The notes below the pieces were generated by a model. It did no database searches. It worked only from the letters and a program-made list of their open reading frames with translations, and had not been told where the DNA came from. The position numbers and the translations under genes are program-made. From contig CAXXDV010000001.1 in NCBI GenBank assembly GCA_963674745.2, positions 640,001-704,000 of the forward strand: DNA of 64,000 bases, given 5' to 3'. The first letter of the stretch is position 1; each line of letters begins with the position of its first letter. This document shows positions 1-9,347 of the stretch, one piece after another. This DNA comes from Desulfosudaceae bacterium. GTDB taxonomy: Bacteria; Desulfobacterota; Desulfobacteria; Desulfobacterales; Desulfosudaceae.

Positions 1-466
1 CAGAAGATACAAGAACGCCCTGTTGTGGACCGGCCTCGCCAACGGCCTGTGGATCTTCAGAAACATGGACGACTCGGCCGCACTGATTGAAATTGCCGAC
101 GCGGTGGCCCTGGTGGAACGCTCTGTTGAGCTGGATGAGGACCACTTCTTTGGCATCGGCAAACTCTTTCTGGGTGCCTATTACGCCCTGATCCCGGATT
201 TCTTCGGTACTGGCGGCGGAACGGAAGCATCGGCCAAAATGTTCGCTGAAGCCAGGGCGGCTTCAAACGGTCGGCTTCTGCTGGTGGATGTGTTTGAAGC
301 ACGGTTTCTGGATACGCAGTTAAAAAACCGGGAGGAATACGTTCGCAAGCTGGAATCCGTGCTGGCGGCTGACCCGGATATTTTACCAGAATATAAATCG
401 TTTACTGCCATCGCCAAACAAAAGGCACGGTTTTTTCTGAATCATATGGACGAATTCTTCATATAA
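1..466 (+). CDS. TRAP transporter TatT-family protein, C-terminal part (5' end outside window)
   Basis: LGAYYALIP...GGG...AKMFAEA and LESVLAADP...AKQKARFFL resemble the C-terminus of the TatT paralogue at 40904-41848. Confidence 0.7.
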   Translation, partial: RRYKNALLWTGLANGLWIFRNMDDSAALIEIADAVALVERSVELDEDHFFGIGKLFLGAYYALIPDFFGTGGGTEASAKMFAEARAASNGRLLLVDVFEARFLDTQLKNREEYVRKLESVLAADPDILPEYKSFTAIAKQKARFFLNHMDEFFI

Positions 467-551
467 CCCCTAAAAATCCGTTAAATTTTGGCCCTACAGA
501 ATAATTTACTTGAAACCGCCCAAACAAAGTGATAGGTTTTATCATTTTTAT

Positions 552-628
552 GGTGGGTGTAGCTCAGTTGGTAGAGCATCAGGTTGTGGCCCTGAGGGTC
601 GTGGGTTCAAGTCCCATCACTCACCCCA
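552..628 (+). tRNA. tRNA-His (GUG)
   Basis: Cloverleaf with G-1, anticodon arm TCAGG-TT-GTG-GC-CCTGA, GGTTCAAGTCC T-arm, encoded CCA. Confidence 0.97.
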
Positions 629-682
629 TATCTCCGACAGCAACCGGAGCCTTCTTTGCGAATTGGGCTCCGTTTTCCCTTC

Positions 683-759
<77 letters not shown>

Positions 760-778
760 ATAAAATCAATTTAATCTG

Positions 779-1400
779 CTATTCAATCTCGGCCTTTATT
801 GCCGTGATATTTGAAATCGGGCAAACAGAAATTTTCTCTTCAGCAGGATAAGAAGCTGTTCCAGGATAAACGATCCACAGGTGCTCAAGATGAAGATCGT
901 TTATCGCGATACGCATAGACTTGGTTATTTCAGGGGCTTCTTTTAACTTGAACTCAATACCGTACGTTTTCCCTGTGCATAAAAAAGAGATCAAGTTCCG
1001 CGTTATAATGAGTGGCCAAGAAAAATGCCTGTGTCGGGTTCATTGTCTTTAAAACTTCTTCTAAGGCGAATTCCTCCAAGGATGCACCTACGGACGGATG
1101 TCCCCAGAACGTATGGTAGTCCGGAATATTCAACAGAAAATGGAGAATCCCCGTGGCCCTGAAGTAAACCTCGGGAGATTTTACCTGGCGTTTGCCGATA
1201 TTCCCATGCCACGATTGAAGTTGACGGAGCAAGAATGTACTGGACAGGATATAGAGGTAAGACCGAATGGTTTTGTCCGAGATACCCATGGATCAGGCTT
1301 ATCCGAAGTTCAACTGGAACGCGGTTGACAACGCTGATGATGGTTTACGATTAAAAAACGGGCTTGAGGGGATGACGCCCACTTCTTTAAAGATTTTTTT
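779..1400 (-). pseudogene. Degraded AAA-family ATP-binding protein with DUF4143-like C-terminus
   Basis: Two out-of-frame pieces (954-1289 GKRQVKSPEVYFRATGILH...ELDL; 779-994 GIEFK...LHLEHLWIVYPG) with upstream stops; left limit of homology approximate. Confidence 0.7.
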
Positions 1401-1515
1401 GATGTGTTATTTAGTAAACTGGCGTACTTGTACGATCGATAATAGCTTGACTTGTATCAATTTTTATGTTTAAAAAATCTTTAAATCCATCAAAAACAAC
1501 GAGACCGCCATAATA

Positions 1516-1601
1516 TTCATGCCAAAGCCAACCGCCGGGTGACCGGTTGACGGAAAGCAACGGGCCTTTTGTAATATAAAAGGCAGCCGGGCCGTCATGA
1601 A
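1516..1601 (+). ncRNA. c-di-GMP-I (GEMM-I) family riboswitch aptamer, variant
   Basis: P1 TTCATG/CATGAA; P2 CCGG-GTGA-CCGG GNRA hairpin; GACGGAAAGC junction; P3 ending GCAGCCGGG; lies in the leader of a surface-protein gene. Confidence 0.8.
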
Positions 1602-1614
1602 ACGATGATTTGAG

Positions 1615-1657
1615 GCCGGACCGCCTTTGGTAAAGAATGGTTCGGTTTTTTATTTTA
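1615..1657 (+). terminator. Probable intrinsic terminator (riboswitch expression platform)
   Basis: GCCGGACCG...TGGTTCGGT hairpin (with G-U pairs) followed by a T tract, between aptamer and start codon. Confidence 0.55.
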
Positions 1658-1688
1658 ATCTATACGGGGGGAGAAAAGGGGGGGGATC

Positions 1689-4600
1689 ATGAAAATCAAA
1701 CAAACCTGCCTGCTGACGTTGTTCCTGGGGCTGGTACTGTCAATAGCGACATATTCAATGGCGGATGTGGATTTTACCGCCAGCAAAATGTATGACGCCG
1801 CCGGGGACAATCCAAATCCAGTTGCCACTGGTGACCTTAACGGCGACAACCACCCTGACCTGGTAACAGCTAATCGGTCATCCAACAACGTATCCGTACT
1901 GATCAACAACGGCGACGGCACTTTTGCCGCGGCCGTAAATTACAGTACCGGGAACTGGCCATATTCAGTTGCCATCGGGGACTTGGACGGCGACTCCCAC
2001 CCTGACCTGGTAACAGCTAATTCTTATTCCAACGACGTATCCGTGCTGATGGGCAACGGTGACGGTACTTTTGCCACGGATGTCATATACAGCGCCGGAG
2101 ACGGGCCACATTCAGTTGCCATCGGGGACTTGGACGGCGACTCCCATCCTGACCTGGTAACAACGAATAATGATGCCGACGACGTATCTGTGCTGATCAA
2201 TAACGGCGACGGCACTTTTGCCATGCGCGTAAAATACAGCGCCGGGAACGGGCCACGTTCAGTTGCCATCGGAGACCTGGACGGCGACTCCCACCCTGAT
2301 CTGACAGTTGGTAATATTTTGGACGACAACATATCCGTACTGATCAACAACGGCGACGGCACTTTTGCCGCGGCCGTCAACTACAGCGCCGGAGACGGGC
2401 CACGTTCAGTTGCCATCGGGGACCTGGACGGCGACTCCCATCCTGACCTGGTAACAGCTAACCAGTCATCCGACAACGTATCCGTGCTGACCAATAATGG
2501 AGACGGCACTTTTACCGCCCCAGTCAACTTCGCTGCAGATAACTCCCCCTATTCAATCGTCGCTGACGATTTGAATGGTGATAATTATCTGGATCTGGCT
2601 GTGGCTAATTATTACTCTGAAAGTTTGACAGTGCTGTTGGGCCACGGCAACGGCACCTTTGCCGCCGCTGTTAATTACGCTGCCGGAGAGGGAGCATGTT
2701 CAGTTGCCGTTACCGATCTCGACGGAGATACCCACCCAGATCTGGTTGCAGTCAATGGTGTAGCTGACAATATTTCTGTTTTGGCAAATAACGGCGATGG
2801 GACTTTTGACTGCGCTGTTAAATACGATGCGGGTGACGGGCCCTTTTCAATTGCCATTACCGATCTGGATAGTGATGCCAACCTGGATTTGGCGGTGGTC
2901 AATAATTATTCTGACGATGTCTCTGTGCTATTGGGCAACGGCAACGGGACTTTTACCGCATATACCAGCTACAGCGTGGGTGATTCACCATGGACAGTAG
3001 CCAGTGCCGACCTGAACGGTGATAATTGTCCAGACTTGGCTACGGCTAACGGTGTTTCTGACAATGTATCGGTGCTGTTGGGCAACGGTGATGGGACCTT
3101 TGGCGTCGCTGTTAATTTTGCCGCCGGTGATCGACCAATGTCAATTGCGATTGACGACCTTGACGGTGATACTTTCCCTGATTTGGTGGTGGCTAACAAT
3201 AACTCTGACAACTTGTCGGTACTGCTGGGCAACGGCGATGGGACTTTTGACGCCGCTGTTAACTATTCTATTTGGGGATCACCCAATTCAATTGCTATTG
3301 CCGATCTGAACGGTGATAATTGTCCGGACCTCCTGGCAGGGGATGTCGACTATGACATCGTCTCGGTACTGTTGGGCAACGGCGACGGCACCTTTGCCAC
3401 CCATACTGATTACAGTGTGGGTGATTCACCAAAGTCAATAGCCCTTGCCGACCTGAACGGTGATACCTATCCGGACTTGGCTGTGGCCAACATTTCTTCT
3501 GACAATGTGTCGGTGCTGTTAGGCAATGGCGATGGGAGCTTTGTCGCCGCTATTAATTATGCCGCCGGAGATGGACCAAAAGCGATTGCCATCGCGGATC
3601 TGAACAGCGACACTCACCTGGACTTGGCAGTAGCCAATAATTATTCTGACAACATCTCGGTGCTGTTGGGCAACGGTGATGGCACCTTTGCCGCTGCCGT
3701 CAATCTTATTGCCGGTAACATGTTGGAATGTATTGCCATTGCTGACCTTAATGGAGACTCTGCGCCGGATCTTGTAACCGCTAATCAGAAAGCCGACAGC
3801 GTATCCGTGCTGATTAACCGTTCAACACTATCCTGCGACACCCCACCCGCTGCCCCCATCCCGACCTCACCCTCGGGAACCATTGATCAGACCACGCCGA
3901 TCTATGTCTGGGAGAGCGATCCCTGCGCCGATGCTTACCAACTTATCATCCGGGACGAGGCCCAACAGGATATCTTTTCCCAATGGTATGATGCAGCTGT
4001 GGTGGATAACGGTGACGGAACCTGTTCTATAAATCCCGGCCTGGAACTTGCCCCGGGTAGTTATTATTGGCTGGTGCAGGCGCAAAATCAGTATGGAACA
4101 GGTCCCTTGAGTACGGAAATGGCCTTTACGGTCGAAGAAGCCGATAGCGACGGTGATGGCACGCCGGATTCCAGTGACGGCTGTCCCTACGATCCGAACA
4201 AGATTGATCCGGGTGCTTGCGGCTGCGGTATAGCGGACACGGACACCGACAGTGACGGCACACCGGACTGCAACGATGGCTGCCCGAATGATCCGGCCAA
4301 GGTTGATCCGGGTGCCTGCGGATGTGGGATTCCGGATACGGACACGGACAGTGACGGTACACCTGACTGTAACGACTTGTGCCCAAATGACCCGAACAAG
4401 GTTGATCCGGGTACATGCGGATGCGGCATAGCAGACACCGATACCGACAGCGATGGTACCCCGGACTGTATTGATCAGTGTCCAAATGATCCGAATAAAA
4501 CCAATCCCGGTACGTGCGGATGCGGTGTGCCGGATACAGACTCCGACGTTGACGGTGTTCCGGACTGTAACGATCAGTGTCCCAACGATCCAAACAAGAC

Positions 4601-6212
4601 GGTTCCGGGAACCTGCGGATGCGGGGTTGCGGACACGGATACCGATAGTGACGGTACGCTGGACTGCAACGATGGCTGTCCCAACGATCCGGCCAAGATC
4701 GATCCCGGAGTCTGCGGCTGCGGCGTAGCAGATACGGATACGGACAGTGACGGTACGCTGGACTGTAACGACGGTTGTCCGAATGATCCGGCCAAGATCG
4801 ATCCGGGTGCCTGCGGATGCGGAGTGCCTGACACTGACACGGACGGTGACGGCACGCCCGACTGCAATGACCTGTCGCCTTTTGGTGTTGACTTTGGTGA
4901 TGCCCCGGATCCGACCTACCCGACACTGCTTGCATCAGACGGCGCCCGCCATACGATCCTCCCGGGATATTTTCTGGGTTCAGGCATAGACTACGAATCT
5001 GACGGTCAGCCTGACGTCGATGCCATGGGCGATGATAACAATGGAATTACGGACGAAGACGGGGTGGTTTTCAACACCCTTATTATTGCGGGTCAAACCG
5101 TGAGCTTGACAGTAACCGCTTCGGACACCGGGAACCTGGATGCCTGGATCGATTTGAATGGGGATGGTGACTGGGCTGATGCGGAAGATCAGATTTTTAC
5201 CAACCAGGCATTAACAGCCGGCGAAAACGATTTGGACATTGATCTTCCGGTCAGCGCTGTGGCAGGTATGACCTTTGCGCGATTCCGGTTCAGTGCAGCC
5301 GGTGGCTTATCATATGACGGCCTTGCCGCTGATGGAGAAATAGAAGATTACCAGGTTGAGATTCTGGGGGATGCAGATGGCGATGGTGAACCGGACATCA
5401 CCGATGGTTGCCCGAACGACGCGAACAAGGTTGATCCCGGTACGTGCGGCTGCGGTGTGTTGGATACCGACTCCGATGTTGACGGTGTTCCGGACTGTAT
5501 TGATCAGTGCCCCAACGATCCCAACAAGACGGTCCCAGGCACCTGCGGATGCGGCGTTGCTGACACGGACACCGACAGTGACGGTACGCCGGACTGTATC
5601 GATCAGTGCCCGAATGATCCCGATAAGACCGTTCCCGGTACATGCGGATGCGGTGTAACGGATGCTGATTCAGATAACGACGGTGTTGCGGATTGTAATG
5701 ACAATTGCCCCGGCACACCCTCCGGAGAAAGTGTTGATTCCAGTGGATGCGATATTGACGCTCCGACGCCCGACCCGATGGTTTTCTCATCCAACCCCTC
5801 GGCAGGTGGAACGGGTTCGATCAGCATGACCGCGGCAACAGCCGCTGACGGGAATGGTGTCCAATATTATTTTGAGGAGACAACAGGAAACAGCGGTGGG
5901 ACAGACAGCGGGTGGCAGGACAGTGCCAGTTATACAGACACCGGGTTAAGCGCCAGCACGCAATACGCGTATCGGGTCAAGGCCCGCGACAAATCCGCAA
6001 ACAATAACGAAACCGGCTGGTCTTCGGTACAGACCGCCACAACCGACGATCCGCCCAAGTCGGGCTGTGGCGCGGCGCCAATGGGACGCAACGGTATTGA
6101 CCCTGTTTCCGCCAGAAAATCCATGGGCAAGGCAGCGCTTCCGTTAGCGCCCTCGATCCTGGCACTGGGCATTTGGTCTCTGATTAACCGCAAAAAAAGT
6201 CGCGAGGCCTAA
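1689..6212 (+). CDS. Large secreted surface/adhesin-like protein: signal peptide, 14 FG-GAP/VCBS repeats, Ig/FN3-like domain, thrombospondin type 3-like Cys/Asp repeats, GEVED domain, FN3-like domain, C-terminal Cys + TM + basic tail
   Basis: 14 x ~49-aa (G/A/T/D)DL(D/N)(G/S)DxxxDL repeats; 33-aa DxDxDGxPDCxDxCPNDPxKxxPGxCGCG repeats; AWIDLNGDGDW...TFARFRF...GEIEDY; tail KSGCG...AALPLAPSILALGIWSLINRKKSREA. Confidence 0.9.
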   Translation: MKIKQTCLLTLFLGLVLSIATYSMADVDFTASKMYDAAGDNPNPVATGDLNGDNHPDLVTANRSSNNVSVLINNGDGTFAAAVNYSTGNWPYSVAIGDLDGDSHPDLVTANSYSNDVSVLMGNGDGTFATDVIYSAGDGPHSVAIGDLDGDSHPDLVTTNNDADDVSVLINNGDGTFAMRVKYSAGNGPRSVAIGDLDGDSHPDLTVGNILDDNISVLINNGDGTFAAAVNYSAGDGPRSVAIGDLDGDSHPDLVTANQSSDNVSVLTNNGDGTFTAPVNFAADNSPYSIVADDLNGDNYLDLAVANYYSESLTVLLGHGNGTFAAAVNYAAGEGACSVAVTDLDGDTHPDLVAVNGVADNISVLANNGDGTFDCAVKYDAGDGPFSIAITDLDSDANLDLAVVNNYSDDVSVLLGNGNGTFTAYTSYSVGDSPWTVASADLNGDNCPDLATANGVSDNVSVLLGNGDGTFGVAVNFAAGDRPMSIAIDDLDGDTFPDLVVANNNSDNLSVLLGNGDGTFDAAVNYSIWGSPNSIAIADLNGDNCPDLLAGDVDYDIVSVLLGNGDGTFATHTDYSVGDSPKSIALADLNGDTYPDLAVANISSDNVSVLLGNGDGSFVAAINYAAGDGPKAIAIADLNSDTHLDLAVANNYSDNISVLLGNGDGTFAAAVNLIAGNMLECIAIADLNGDSAPDLVTANQKADSVSVLINRSTLSCDTPPAAPIPTSPSGTIDQTTPIYVWESDPCADAYQLIIRDEAQQDIFSQWYDAAVVDNGDGTCSINPGLELAPGSYYWLVQAQNQYGTGPLSTEMAFTVEEADSDGDGTPDSSDGCPYDPNKIDPGACGCGIADTDTDSDGTPDCNDGCPNDPAKVDPGACGCGIPDTDTDSDGTPDCNDLCPNDPNKVDPGTCGCGIADTDTDSDGTPDCIDQCPNDPNKTNPGTCGCGVPDTDSDVDGVPDCNDQCPNDPNKTVPGTCGCGVADTDTDSDGTLDCNDGCPNDPAKIDPGVCGCGVADTDTDSDGTLDCNDGCPNDPAKIDPGACGCGVPDTDTDGDGTPDCNDLSPFGVDFGDAPDPTYPTLLASDGARHTILPGYFLGSGIDYESDGQPDVDAMGDDNNGITDEDGVVFNTLIIAGQTVSLTVTASDTGNLDAWIDLNGDGDWADAEDQIFTNQALTAGENDLDIDLPVSAVAGMTFARFRFSAAGGLSYDGLAADGEIEDYQVEILGDADGDGEPDITDGCPNDANKVDPGTCGCGVLDTDSDVDGVPDCIDQCPNDPNKTVPGTCGCGVADTDTDSDGTPDCIDQCPNDPDKTVPGTCGCGVTDADSDNDGVADCNDNCPGTPSGESVDSSGCDIDAPTPDPMVFSSNPSAGGTGSISMTAATAADGNGVQYYFEETTGNSGGTDSGWQDSASYTDTGLSASTQYAYRVKARDKSANNNETGWSSVQTATTDDPPKSGCGAAPMGRNGIDPVSARKSMGKAALPLAPSILALGIWSLINRKKSREA

Positions 6213-6224
6213 TCTTCACGAGAC

Positions 6225-6257
6225 AACAAGGGCGGTCAGGCAATGACCGCCCTTGTT
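6225..6257. terminator. Bidirectional terminator-like hairpin between convergent genes
   Basis: Perfect 14-bp stem AACAAGGGCGGTCA-ggcaa-TGACCGCCCTTGTT. Confidence 0.85.
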
Positions 6258-8214
6258 ATTTATAGGGGAAAAAGCGGCAGGCGGGATCGCCAAGCAGGTT
6301 GTACAGGAAAAGATCATTCCGCAGCATGCCCGGCGTGCCCAGTGACGCCTTTTCATTCTCAGGCACAGCATTTAAAAGAGACCTCGCCAGCGGGTCATTG
6401 CCGGCAATCTCGTTGAATGATTGATCCCCGGTATCATAGAGGGCCTGCTGAATGCCAAGGAACGCCTGGCCGATCGTGTCGGTCGTTTTTTGCAGATGCA
6501 TGATTATTCCCTTTACAAACAAATAGTTTGTCAGGGGATGGGTTGTGCCTGTTGCCGATACGACCCCGACAGGACCGTTTGGTTGGGCCAAAAACGCTTC
6601 CCCTAGAGACGGTCCGCTGCTTTTGGGCAGGCAATACCGTCCTGAGTCACACCCCAGCATAAAAAGAACACCCGGGGGGGAATTCCCTGCCGGAGAATTC
6701 AACGACATTTTCGAAACATCTTCTACGCTGAGAAATATCTCTTCACCATCGTAAGTTCCGGCTGTCACGCTCCGGTATGACCCGTGAGAGACGATGAGCG
6801 ACAGAAAGGGGCGGTTGCTGTTTAAGCGGGCAAGAAATGTAAAGGGCTGCGCTTTGAGTTCTCCTGATGAGACGGCCTGAGAATCCGCGCCGATAACAAC
6901 AGGAACAATCCAGTCCGGCAGGCGTTCCAGCAAACGGGGCGCCATCCGGCTCATCTGGGCCGTGTACCCCTGGGCGCCAAACCACACCAGCACCTTCTTT
7001 TGTGCAGGACCGGCATACTGTTTTGAATAGCTGATGATTTTTTTGATCTGTGCGTCAAGTTCAGCGGTAGACTGAATAGCCAGCCGCCCTACCGGCACAT
7101 CCGGCAAACCGTCATTGTCCATATCACCGTATTGAGCGTCCGACGTATATTTTCCGGAGGCAAACGACGGCATATGCCATGGGGCCTGCATGTCATTGCC
7201 ATGCCCGCAATCACCAACAATCAGGATATTTCCGATCGGTTCTTGGAACATCCTTTGCCGGCTCTCTATCCAGCCTTTTACGTCTTCGCGGTCCGGGGTG
7301 GTTTCCCAGGCCCTGACAACGACCCGATATCCTTCTTTTTCTCTAAAACCCGCCCATTCGTTTAAGGCCTCGGAAAAAACAGACCGGGTCACAACAAGAT
7401 AGGGGATTTGGTTAACGGTTTTCTCAGAAACCGCTTTAAACATCATATTTCTTATGCCGGTTCCCGCCAACAACGAAAGAAGCAGCAGACAGACGGCCGC
7501 GACAGCCCCTCTTTTCTTCCATTTCAGGATCAAAAGAACGCACAGGGATAAGATAAAAATCAACACACAAACGACCTGAAACACGCGTAGCCCCGGAATT
7601 AATAAAAGGCCGGAATCCGCACCTCTGAAAAACTCGCTGATAAACCGATGAGCGGCAAGAAACAGGCAGTACAGCGGAAATAAACAGACCCGCTTTTCAG
7701 GCTTCCCCCACAACCATTGAAGGATAACAAGGGAGAACGCTTCACCGATCATGCTGTAAATCTGGGTCGGATGCACCATGCAATTCAGACGATCTGAAAA
7801 AACAGCCCAGGGGACATCCGAAGGCGTTCCATAACAGCAGCCATTCACCAGGCATCCGATACGGGCGATAATATGGGCCAGCGCATAAGCCGGCGCGACA
7901 CTTCCCAGATTGCTCCAAAACGGCTTTTTAGCCACCCGAAGAACGATCCACATGCCGAGAGGTCCCAGCAGCGGGCCTCCCAGCCAGGTGCCTGTTTCCT
8001 GCCAGAAAGCGATTGCCAGCCAAAAGTCATCCACGAACAGTCGGGGATAGAAGATCAGCACATAAAGGATCCGGGTGCCCAGAAGACCGGCGTAGATCCC
8101 CGCAGTGAGGGCGATAATAGCCAGGGGGAAAGAGCAGCCGTTTTTGAACATGTTTCTGGTGGCCAGCACACCACCGGCAAGGAACCCTGTAAAGCCCCAG
8201 AACCAGTAATTCAT
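6256..8214 (-). CDS. Fusion of an Lgt (prolipoprotein diacylglyceryl transferase)-like membrane domain and a C25 (gingipain-family) cysteine peptidase domain
   Basis: Lgt-like motifs ARIGCLVNGCCYG, HPTQIY, RFISEFFR; C25-like motifs ILIVGD, DGLPDVPVGRL, SHGS (His), LGCDSG (Cys), YNLLGDPA; ATG at 8214 lies 2 nt after the upstream stop. Confidence 0.85.
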   Translation of the reverse strand: MNYWFWGFTGFLAGGVLATRNMFKNGCSFPLAIIALTAGIYAGLLGTRILYVLIFYPRLFVDDFWLAIAFWQETGTWLGGPLLGPLGMWIVLRVAKKPFWSNLGSVAPAYALAHIIARIGCLVNGCCYGTPSDVPWAVFSDRLNCMVHPTQIYSMIGEAFSLVILQWLWGKPEKRVCLFPLYCLFLAAHRFISEFFRGADSGLLLIPGLRVFQVVCVLIFILSLCVLLILKWKKRGAVAAVCLLLLSLLAGTGIRNMMFKAVSEKTVNQIPYLVVTRSVFSEALNEWAGFREKEGYRVVVRAWETTPDREDVKGWIESRQRMFQEPIGNILIVGDCGHGNDMQAPWHMPSFASGKYTSDAQYGDMDNDGLPDVPVGRLAIQSTAELDAQIKKIISYSKQYAGPAQKKVLVWFGAQGYTAQMSRMAPRLLERLPDWIVPVVIGADSQAVSSGELKAQPFTFLARLNSNRPFLSLIVSHGSYRSVTAGTYDGEEIFLSVEDVSKMSLNSPAGNSPPGVLFMLGCDSGRYCLPKSSGPSLGEAFLAQPNGPVGVVSATGTTHPLTNYLFVKGIIMHLQKTTDTIGQAFLGIQQALYDTGDQSFNEIAGNDPLARSLLNAVPENEKASLGTPGMLRNDLFLYNLLGDPACRFFPYK

Positions 8215-8216
8215 TA

Positions 8217-9095
8217 TTAAATTGATGAAATATTCAACCATTCCACAACGATATTAATACTCACGTGAATAATCAAGGCCCAACCGATGCCGGATGTCCT
8301 CTGCGTCACTGCGCCAAAAATCAGCCCGAGTGCCAGGACACATCCAAGATAACCGAAACCGGACAGAACAACAGGCCCAAGATGCATATGAAACACGGTG
8401 TAAAGCAACGCCTGAAAAATGATTCCCGGGATCAGGCCATACCGCTCCACACAAACGGGTTGAAGTATTCCCCGGTAGCAAATCTCTTCGGTGCCACCGG
8501 TCAGGGAGGCTTTCATGATCGCGATCAACACGACCCCCCAGAATGGTCCCAGCGGCTGAATCTGAATCCTTGTCACAATACCGATCGCCATGAAAACGGC
8601 TGCCGCGGAAGTAACGACCAGAACCACAGACAAGGGCGTTGTGACAGAAAAGCGCCCCCACGCCCCCCAACGAATGGGATTGCCCTGCCCATTGACGCGG
8701 TTCATAATAAGCACCGGAACCAGGACGTTGGCCGCAAATATGAAATGAAAATATAATAACAGCAGATATCCGTATAAATTACCGGGACGGGCAAGGGGCC
8801 ACGCGACTAGGCCATAATACCGAAAACAATTAAACACCCAGAATCCGGTGGCAAGAGCTGTAATTAACCTGAGTAGCCGACGATCTGCATAAACAGGTCT
8901 TAACACCGGGACAAATGCCGTAATCGCCATGCCAGTCACAATAAACAGGGCCACGGCAATACGCCAGCGGTCTGCCCCGGCTGCTGTGAGCAAATGAACC
9001 ACAAGTAAAAAAACAGCTAAAAGTGCAACCGGCTCAAATATTAAATATACTTTATTGTTTTTGTGAAAGGCGTGATCAGGGATATGCGTTTTCAT
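8217..9095 (-). CDS. CPBP (Abi/CAAX type II) family intramembrane glutamic protease
   Basis: Polytopic membrane protein with EEICYRG (EExxxR), FHMH and HVSIN (HxxxN) motifs. Confidence 0.85.
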   Translation of the reverse strand: MKTHIPDHAFHKNNKVYLIFEPVALLAVFLLVVHLLTAAGADRWRIAVALFIVTGMAITAFVPVLRPVYADRRLLRLITALATGFWVFNCFRYYGLVAWPLARPGNLYGYLLLLYFHFIFAANVLVPVLIMNRVNGQGNPIRWGAWGRFSVTTPLSVVLVVTSAAAVFMAIGIVTRIQIQPLGPFWGVVLIAIMKASLTGGTEEICYRGILQPVCVERYGLIPGIIFQALLYTVFHMHLGPVVLSGFGYLGCVLALGLIFGAVTQRTSGIGWALIIHVSINIVVEWLNISSI

Positions 9096-9235
9096 GGACT
9101 GATATTATACGATATTATTCCCCATGACAAAAGCACACACAACATTCAGGTATCCGCCAAAATCCACGATTGATTTTTCATGTGTTTTCCTAAAGGACAC
9201 AGCAGGTCAAAAAATCGTCCCCTTTAAATACTGAC

Positions 9236-9333
9236 GTTCTTGCAATACGTTGCATTGGTTGCACATAGGTTGCAGCGAGAGGTTGTTTCAGGGCAACTTT
9301 AACAGATTCGGTTTCAATAAAATCAATATGTTA
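9236..9333 (+). repeat. att arm-like region: four TTGCA repeats, GGGCAAC, IHF-consensus site
   Basis: TTGCA at 9240, 9250, 9259, 9270; AATCAATATGTTA at 9321-9333 fits WATCAANNNNTTR; near copy at 11036-11100, partial copy at 16736-16783. Confidence 0.7.
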
Positions 9334-9347
9334 TAGGTTAAAACAAA

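Noticed and set aside
4126..4935. Long antisense/alternate-frame ORFs within GC-rich genes (also 37406-38230, 55777-56664, 25257-26072)
   Set aside because: Overlap well-supported genes, show no recognisable motifs, and are expected from codon bias.
1790..5760. CRISPR or DGR-like repeats in the large ORF
   Set aside because: In-frame coding repeats; no reverse transcriptase nearby and no adenine-specific variation noticed.
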